DNA of 64,000 nt, taken from IMG/VR virus record IMGVR_UViG_3300030708_002798; one strand, 5' to 3'. Shown in pieces: positions 58,228-64,000 of the stretch (the first letter of the stretch is position 1; each line of letters begins with the position of its first letter). Source of the DNA: a virus (lineage: Duplodnaviria > Caudoviricetes). The notes under the pieces are model-generated. The model was not told the origin of the DNA, ran no database searches, and was given only the letters and a program-made list of their open reading frames with translations. The translations under genes and the position numbers were made by a program.

Positions 58228-58623
58228 TTAAGCTGCTCCAGGAATATGATTCCGTCTTGGTTTGTATCGATAAAGCTTTACTTTACCATCCTCCTCATGC
58301 CCTATCCATTCTTGAATACGTCTTTTATTTGCTTCTTGGAAGAAGTCTTGATTCAAATACCATTCTTGCCATTCTGTGTTTGCTTTAGAACCGTTGCATG
58401 ATAAACAAGAACAAACAACGTTCTGAGTAAAATTAGTGCCTCCCTTTGATTTTGGAATTACATGATCGATAGTGAGATTTTCAGTTGAACCGCAATAGGC
58501 ACATTGATTATCCCATTGCTCTTTGATTCTTTTTCTCCACATTTTCCTGGCTTCCTTCCTGTTTACAGTGTGCAAGTTATAGAGATATCCTTGAGGAGTT
58601 TCGTAAAGTTCCATACAGTGCAA
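58228..58623 (-). CDS. free-standing HNH endonuclease (probable start at 58614)
   Basis: CAYC..TIDHVIPKSKGG....N....C..CN..K. Confidence 0.9.
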   Translation of the reverse strand: MHCMELYETPQGYLYNLHTVNRKEARKMWRKRIKEQWDNQCAYCGSTENLTIDHVIPKSKGGTNFTQNVVCSCLSCNGSKANTEWQEWYLNQDFFQEANKRRIQEWIGHEEDGKVKLYRYKPRRNHIPGAA

Positions 58624-58632
58624 ATAAAGGAC

Positions 58633-58664
58633 AAAAAAAGGGCAGACCCGTAACGGGAACTGCC
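58633..58664 (-). terminator. intrinsic terminator
   Basis: GGGCAG-TTCCCGTTACGGGT-CTGCCC followed by T7. Confidence 0.75.
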
Positions 58665-58732
58665 CAGAGAGTTATTCGGATTTTTTTAAAATACGCATAT
58701 AGAGTGTTTCAACTCTCATGTTTTTATTTATG

Positions 58733-58936
58733 TCACCCAAAACCTTTATTGACTTTCTTTGTCACATCTAATACTTCAACAGTACATCCACTGAAGTTGC
58801 GACACTTCTCAAACCATATGGCACGGAGGATCTCATAGTCTTCAAGGACTAATGATTGACCACCAGGAATATTCAGTTTATATACATGACGATCATACGG
58901 ACCATCTGAAGTTTGTGTGAAAGTTTTTAGGGTCAT
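58733..58936 (-). CDS. hypothetical protein
   Basis: 67 aa ending KGFG; ATGA overlap with talC. Confidence 0.7.
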   Translation of the reverse strand: MTLKTFTQTSDGPYDRHVYKLNIPGGQSLVLEDYEILRAIWFEKCRNFSGCTVEVLDVTKKVNKGFG

Positions 58937-59580
58937 CCTTTTACGATTTTAGCAGCATCACGATCAAAGATGTCAAGACCAGCATCAGTCAAGATGTGAT
59001 CATACATCGCATCAAATACCTTAGGTGGCATCGTGCAGATCTCAGCACCATTGTACCATGAACGAATCGCACGTTGAACACTACGAATTGAAGCAGCAAG
59101 AACCTGGGTTTCCATACCATGGATCCGATAGAGTTCGGAGATGGATCGTACAACCTCCAGACCTGCCACTGACTGGTCGTCTAACCGTCCTACAAAGGGT
59201 GAGACATAAGTTGCACCAGCCTTTGCTGCTAGGACTGCCTGAGCAGCACAGAAGATCAATGTGACGTTGGTACGGATCTTCTCTCGGGAGAGTTCCTTAC
59301 AGACCAGAAGACCTTCCCGTGTGCAAGGAAGTTTAACTGTAGTTACACTACCAAACTTATCGACCAATCGTAGTGCTTCATTCAGCATGTTTTGGGCATC
59401 ACCCATAACTTCCATGCTGATATCTTGAACACCAATATCTTTGATCTCTTGATACACAACTTCAGGATCTCGTCCTGCTTTCATAATCAGAGATGGATTT
59501 GTTGTGACACCATCAATCAATCCAGTCTCGAAAGAATCTTTGATGATTTGAGTGTCTGCTGTGTCTAGGAAAATTTTCAT
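58933..59580 (-). CDS. talC: transaldolase TalC
   Basis: FLDTA, GVTTNPS, VKLP, NVTLIF, YVSPFVGRLDD, LAASIR. Confidence 0.95.
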   Translation of the reverse strand: MKIFLDTADTQIIKDSFETGLIDGVTTNPSLIMKAGRDPEVVYQEIKDIGVQDISMEVMGDAQNMLNEALRLVDKFGSVTTVKLPCTREGLLVCKELSREKIRTNVTLIFCAAQAVLAAKAGATYVSPFVGRLDDQSVAGLEVVRSISELYRIHGMETQVLAASIRSVQRAIRSWYNGAEICTMPPKVFDAMYDHILTDAGLDIFDRDAAKIVKG

Positions 59581-59631
59581 TTATCTGTTAGGTACTCCCT
59601 TTGTCATTTATACATGCAGTTGTTTTGATTG

Positions 59632-59919
59632 TCAAGGGGTGTAATACTTTTTGAGCAATCGTTTAATATGTCCATTAATTTTTGTTGGACCTTTATATCG
59701 TTCCAACTCATTTCCATCATCGTCAACAATGACAAGTAATGGAAATTCAGGAACTCCGTACTTATCAGCAAGTCGATTTGCTTCATTGTCGATGGTCTCA
59801 TCAGTTAGATCCATCATAAGAATACTATCAATTCCTTCGTACTTTACGTTTGCAAAGTGTCGTTTAACTACTCCACAAGGAGTGCATAATGTACTATGAA
59901 ATAGATACATCTTGGCCAT
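59632..59919 (-). CDS. thioredoxin-like protein
   Basis: CTPC plus GV..FPLLV..G.E..R..G. Confidence 0.7.
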   Translation of the reverse strand: MAKMYLFHSTLCTPCGVVKRHFANVKYEGIDSILMMDLTDETIDNEANRLADKYGVPEFPLLVIVDDDGNELERYKGPTKINGHIKRLLKKYYTP

Positions 59920-59943
59920 AAAAAAGGAGGTCAACTGACCTCC
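59920..59943 (-). terminator. intrinsic terminator
   Basis: GGAGGTCA-GT-TGACCTCC followed by T6. Confidence 0.7.
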
Positions 59944-59950
59944 AAGTATA

Positions 59951-60160
59951 TCATGAATTAAAGTATTTGTCTAGGACTTCAATACGTTCTTCTTCATGTG
60001 CGATAAGATCAAGTTGTTCTTGAATGGCACCCAGCACATCGGGATGTTCACCGATACCTGCTGGGTTGTTTAGATACACTTCTACATTTGCTTTTGCTTT
60101 AGCAATATTGCCTTCTGCTTCAGAACGAAGACCATTCAAAATTGTAAAACGAAGAGACAT
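59951..60160 (-). CDS. conserved phage hypothetical protein
   Basis: NVEVYLNNPAGIGEHPD motif. Confidence 0.75.
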   Translation of the reverse strand: MSLRFTILNGLRSEAEGNIAKAKANVEVYLNNPAGIGEHPDVLGAIQEQLDLIAHEEERIEVLDKYFNS

Positions 60161-60171
60161 AGTTTATTTTA

Positions 60172-61227
60172 TCAAAGAGCATTGCCACGGGGTAGAACTT
60201 CTTCTGGGAAGACGAAGTTTTCATGAGGTTGGTCTACTGGTGCCATCCAGGCACGGAGACCTTCGTTGAGAAGGATGTTCTTAGTATAGAACGTCTCAAA
60301 CTCTGGATCTTCTGCAGCACGAATTTCTTGACTCACAAAATCATAGGCACGAAGATTAAGAGCAAGACCAATAATACCGATGGAAGAAGTCCACAGACCC
60401 ATAACAGGAACAAACAGCATAAAGAAATGCAACCACCTTTTATTGCTAAACGCAATCCCGAAGATCTGAGACCAGAAACGGTTTGCCGTAACCATTGAAT
60501 AAGTCTCTTCCTCTTGGGTGGAGTCGAATGCTTTGAATGTGTTTGCCTGTTCACCATCTTCATAAAGTGTGTTCTCTACCGTGACACCGTGAATAGCACT
60601 TAGTAGTGCTCCTCCCAGTATACCAGCAACACCCATCATGTGAAAAGGGTTGAGTGTCCAGTTATGAAATCCTTGTAGAAAAAGTAGGAATCTGAATATT
60701 GCCGCGACACCAAAGCTCGGCGCAAAGAACCAACTGGATTGTCCAAGTGGGTAGATGAGAAATACAGAAGTGAATACGGCAATAGGACCTGAAAAAGCAA
60801 TCGCATTGTAGGGACGGATACCGATAAGACGTGCAAGTTCAAACTGCCTGAGCATGAATCCGATTAGGGCAAAAGCACCGTGGAGAGCAACAAAGGCCCA
60901 AAGCCCTCCAAGTTGGCACCACCTGACGAAATCTCCTTGAGCCTCAGGACCCCAAAGTAGAAGAAGAGAATGACCCATAGAGTCAGCAGGCGTTGACACA
61001 GCAGCTGTGAGGAAATTAGCACCTTCAAGGTAACTAGTTGCCAACCCGTGGGTATACCAGCTTGTAACAAACGTCGTGCCAGTAAGCCAGCCACCAATTG
61101 CCAGATAAGCAGTGGGAAAAAGTAGTAGTCCAGACCAACCCACAAAGACAAAACGATCTCGTTTAATCCAGTCGTCCAGGACATCAAACCACCCCCTTGT
61201 TGTTGGTTGAATTGTTGATGCTACCAT
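60172..61227 (-). CDS. psbD: photosystem II D2 protein
   Basis: [11 protein letters not shown]...[10 protein letters not shown], uninterrupted 351 aa. Confidence 0.99.
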   Translation of the reverse strand: MVASTIQPTTRGWFDVLDDWIKRDRFVFVGWSGLLLFPTAYLAIGGWLTGTTFVTSWYTHGLATSYLEGANFLTAAVSTPADSMGHSLLLLWGPEAQGDFVRWCQLGGLWAFVALHGAFALIGFMLRQFELARLIGIRPYNAIAFSGPIAVFTSVFLIYPLGQSSWFFAPSFGVAAIFRFLLFLQGFHNWTLNPFHMMGVAGILGGALLSAIHGVTVENTLYEDGEQANTFKAFDSTQEEETYSMVTANRFWSQIFGIAFSNKRWLHFFMLFVPVMGLWTSSIGIIGLALNLRAYDFVSQEIRAAEDPEFETFYTKNILLNEGLRAWMAPVDQPHENFVFPEEVLPRGNAL

Positions 61228-61318
61228 TGTTTTTATTTTCCTTTTTTAAGTAGTAAAGTTGAGGCCAAGTATCACGAATGATCTCAGCTAATTTGTAAGA
61301 AGTATTTGTTGTTATCAC
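61184..61318 (-). CDS. possible short ORF (GTG start; [15 protein letters not shown])
   Basis: open frame bridging the membrane ORF and psbD; overlaps both. Confidence 0.3.
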   Translation of the reverse strand: MITTNTSYKLAEIIRDTWPQLYYLKKENKNNGSINNSTNNKGVV

Positions 61319-61499
61319 TTGGTGTGTTCTCGTAAATGGACGAATCACCATATGTTTTATGATCTTTATACCCGACCATACGTCCTTTGGTGTTCTGCAG
61401 TGCAGGCATAAAGACAATGAAGAAGAATACACCAGGTGCTCCGACAAATACGACGGCAACGATTACATAATAAGTAAGGAGTTCAATTAGATCAGGCAT
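61284..61499 (-). CDS. small membrane protein between psbA and psbD
   Basis: long hydrophobic stretch YYVIVAVVFVGAPGVFFFIVFMP. Confidence 0.7.
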   Translation of the reverse strand: MPDLIELLTYYVIVAVVFVGAPGVFFFIVFMPALQNTKGRMVGYKDHKTYGDSSIYENTPSDNNKYFLQIS

Positions 61500-61521
61500 A
61501 ATAAAACTTAACAATTTGGAG

Positions 61522-61547
61522 AAAAAAATAGGGTCCCGTAGGACCCC
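61522..61547 (-). terminator. psbA terminator
   Basis: GGGTCC-TACG-GGACCC-TA-T7. Confidence 0.8.
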
Positions 61548-61568
61548 AAGATTTAGTTGTAACTAGAC

Positions 61569-62651
61569 TCAACCAACGGTTGGTGCGGTGAGTGCTACAG
61601 GAGTAGACTCAGCAGCAGCAAGGTCAAGTGGGAAGTTGTGAGCATTGCGCTCGTGCATTACTTCCATACCTAGACCAGCACGGTTGAGAACGTCTGCCCA
61701 AGTGTTCAGGACACGACCTTGACCATCGAGAATGGACTGGTTGAAGTTGAAACCGTTGAGGTTGAATGCCATGGTGCTAACACCAAGTGCAGTGAACCAG
61801 ATGCCAACGACAGGCCATGCTGCGAGGAAGAAGTGAAGTGAACGGGAGTTGTTGAAAGATGCATACTGGAAGATTAGACGACCGAAGTATCCATGTGCTG
61901 CAACAATGTTGTAGGTCTCTTCTTCTTGACCAAACTTATAACCATAGTTCTGGGACTCAGACTCAGTGGTTTCACGTACTAGTGAAGACGTAACCAGTGA
62001 ACCGTGCATTGCACTAAAGAGTGAACCACCGAACACACCTGCAACACCTAGCATATGGAATGGGTGCATTAGGATGTTGTGCTCTGCTTGGAAGACAAGC
62101 ATGTAGTTGAAAGTACCAGAGATGCCAAGTGGCATTGCATCAGAGAAAGAACCTTGACCGAAAGGATAGACGAGGAAGACTGCGGATGCTGCTGCAACAG
62201 GTGCAGAGTATGCAACACAGATCCAGGGACGCATACCTAGACGGTAGGAAAGTTCCCACTCACGACCCATATAGGCATAGATGCCGATTAGGAAGTGGAA
62301 GATTACAAGTTGGAAAGGACCACCGTTGTACAGCCACTCGTCGAGTGATGATGCTTCCCAGATGGGATAGAAGTGGAGTCCGATTGCGTTTGAAGAAGGA
62401 ACAACTGCACCAGAGATGATGTTGTTACCATACATGAGTGAACCAGCAACAGGTTCACGGATGCCGTCAATATCGACGGGAGGTGCTGCGATGAACGCAA
62501 CGATGAAACAGATTGTAGCAGCAAGCAGGGTTGGGATCATTAGAACTCCGAACCAACCAACATATAGACGATTGTTGGTGCTTGTGACCCACTCGCAGAA
62601 TGATTCCCAAGTGGATTGTGATTGTTGTCTTGAAAGAGTAGAAGTTGCCAT
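61569..62651 (-). CDS. psbA: photosystem II D1 protein
   Basis: canonical 360-aa D1, HNFPLDLA plus C-terminal extension, no intron. Confidence 0.99.
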   Translation of the reverse strand: MATSTLSRQQSQSTWESFCEWVTSTNNRLYVGWFGVLMIPTLLAATICFIVAFIAAPPVDIDGIREPVAGSLMYGNNIISGAVVPSSNAIGLHFYPIWEASSLDEWLYNGGPFQLVIFHFLIGIYAYMGREWELSYRLGMRPWICVAYSAPVAAASAVFLVYPFGQGSFSDAMPLGISGTFNYMLVFQAEHNILMHPFHMLGVAGVFGGSLFSAMHGSLVTSSLVRETTESESQNYGYKFGQEEETYNIVAAHGYFGRLIFQYASFNNSRSLHFFLAAWPVVGIWFTALGVSTMAFNLNGFNFNQSILDGQGRVLNTWADVLNRAGLGMEVMHERNAHNFPLDLAAAESTPVALTAPTVG

Positions 62652-62659
62652 TTTCGTAA

Positions 62660-62765
62660 AAGGGTAAGTAAAAGTACGGGGGAACGCACTGGTTAGAATA
62701 TTCCTACACCACCCTCCAGTGTAGGTATGAGAGACGTGATTTATACTCCCTAGAGGTCTCGGTTT
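62660..62765 (-). ncRNA. structured psbA 5' leader, PhotoRC-II-like motif
   Basis: GAGAC/GTCTC and CCTACAC/GTGTAGG stems, TGGAGGG loop; resembles the motif recalled from upstream of cyanophage psbA. Confidence 0.65.
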
Positions 62766-62816
62766 GTGGGGAGTTACAATAGATTAAAAAACGTTACGTT
62801 TCTTAACCCGTTGACT

Positions 62817-62850
62817 TATTTAGTATATTACGGTTTCCCCATCTTGTCAA
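62817..62850 (-). promoter_or_regulatory. psbA promoter: sigma70 with overlapping late motif
   Basis: TTGACA-17 bp-TATACT running into TAAATA. Confidence 0.8.
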
Positions 62851-62893
62851 GCCCTCAGACCAGATAAATAAGAGAAGTCCCAGATCCGAGAGT

Positions 62894-63400
62894 ATGAAAA
62901 AATTTCTTCCTCTTATGATGTTACTGATGACCGCAGGTGCTGCAAATGCTGGCGGACTTGTATCTAAACACTCTTCTAGTGTTCAATTAACTGTTGATGC
63001 CGCACGGACCACTGCCACAAGAATGGGTAACTCCTACTCGGTATCTGGTTCAGGAGTTGTCACCGATGTTGGTGGTAGTGGTACTGCTGACCTTGGTGTT
63101 GGTGGTCTTGGCACCCTAACTAATGGTGTTGCTGGTGGATCTGTTCCTACTGCAACTCAGGCAACCTCAGGAAATGCGTTCTCTTTCAGCAATTCTTTTA
63201 CAGCAGGTGATGCCGTAATCACTAGTGCTCCTACTGTAGGTGAAGTTAGTGCGTTCTCTAACCAGACTTCTTACACAGCAGGAACTGCAGGTAACCTAGC
63301 AGGTACTGTAACCACAGCAGGTGCTCTAACCGTAACCGCTGGTGGAGCAGGTTCTAGTGCAACAGGACAATTCGTAACCGAAATTACCGTTATCGACTGA
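62894..63400 (+). CDS. exported G/S/T/A-rich protein
   Basis: signal peptide MKKFLPLMMLLMTAGAANA; ATAAATA upstream. Confidence 0.75.
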   Translation: MKKFLPLMMLLMTAGAANAGGLVSKHSSSVQLTVDAARTTATRMGNSYSVSGSGVVTDVGGSGTADLGVGGLGTLTNGVAGGSVPTATQATSGNAFSFSNSFTAGDAVITSAPTVGEVSAFSNQTSYTAGTAGNLAGTVTTAGALTVTAGGAGSSATGQFVTEITVID

Positions 63401-63843
63401 TGACTAGATTACAAGAAGCAATCGGTCTCGGATTGGTTCTTGGAGTGATTCATGGTTTGGCACAACCCTCATATTCCGTACCCGTTGTGCCAAATTTCAC
63501 ACAGGGCTCCATGACTAGCCATACAGAGACTACACAAACAATAACAGAAACCATCAATTCGATGGACTATAACACTGGATATCAATATTCAGTAACTGGT
63601 AGTGGAATAAATGCATCAGGTAATCTTTCACCAACTACTGGATCAAACAATGTAACTATAGAAGGCGTGACTTCATCATGGACAGGAATAACAAACAAAC
63701 CAACGTTTACACAAACAACACCAGGAGCAGCATTTCAGTTTACAGAAACTTACTCAGGTCCTGGTTTAAGCAACCATACGATTATCCAGAGAACAACAGA
63801 GGTGACAAGCGTAACAGACACTACAAGTATATTCCAGCAGTAA
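63400..63843 (+). CDS. exported T-rich protein
   Basis: hydrophobic N-terminus then VPVVPNF; TGATG coupling. Confidence 0.75.
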   Translation: MTRLQEAIGLGLVLGVIHGLAQPSYSVPVVPNFTQGSMTSHTETTQTITETINSMDYNTGYQYSVTGSGINASGNLSPTTGSNNVTIEGVTSSWTGITNKPTFTQTTPGAAFQFTETYSGPGLSNHTIIQRTTEVTSVTDTTSIFQQ

Positions 63844-64000
63844 TTGCATTATTAGTTGCGTCTCCAGTGAATGCAGAAACAGTTGGTGGAGTTTCTGCAA
63901 CAGCATCGCCAATCGCAAACAGTTCAGGCTCAGTGACCAACCAGGCAATCCAGGTTTTACAAGGCCCATATATCACTAACACATACGGAGGAGGAATCCA
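63678..64000 (+). CDS. partial exported protein, start uncertain
   Basis: open frame ...YIPAVIALLVASPVNA-ETVGGVSATASPIANSSGSVTNQAIQ to the window end; nearest in-frame ATG at 63678. Confidence 0.6.
   Translation, partial: MDRNNKQTNVYTNNTRSSISVYRNLLRSWFKQPYDYPENNRGDKRNRHYKYIPAVIALLVASPVNAETVGGVSATASPIANSSGSVTNQAIQVLQGPYITNTYGGGI

Noticed and set aside
59906-59934. TTGACC in the terminator as a -35 element for the thioredoxin-like gene
   Set aside because: No acceptable -10 hexamer at 16-18 bp spacing.
60172-62651. Introns or homing endonuclease within psbA/psbD
   Set aside because: Both reading frames are continuous and of normal length.

Overview
This window is a 64-kb segment of a T4-like marine cyanomyovirus, probably infecting Synechococcus, and most genes lie on the minus strand. 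Positions 1-24.4 kb hold large tail-fibre/virion proteins, a duplicated large+small gene module and a subtilisin. Positions 24.4-25.4 kb are a sigma70-promoter island with cpcT and tRNA-Leu(UAA). Positions 25.4-41.4 kb carry baseplate, tail and head-completion genes (g5, g51, g26, g4, g2, g48, g53, tape-measure-like genes) with cp12 embedded among them. Positions 41.4-52.1 kb carry g32, g59, g33, an exonuclease, phoH, a sugar dehydratase, four split carbamoyltransferase halves and thyX. Positions 52-60 kb are accessory genes (halogenase-like, 2OG-Fe(II) oxygenase, glutaredoxins, HNH, talC). Positions 60-64 kb carry psbD, psbA and three exported proteins. The most striking element is at 52.5-53.35 kb: a TGTA-N8-TACA (NtcA-type) box and a sigma70 promoter precede a double glutamine-riboswitch-like RNA. 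Each of its two P2 loops holds a whole small ORF, and a YRG-motif (DUF4278-like) peptide gene follows. This is a candidate phage nitrogen-sensing module. All calls come from reading the sequence and recalled family motifs; no searches were run.
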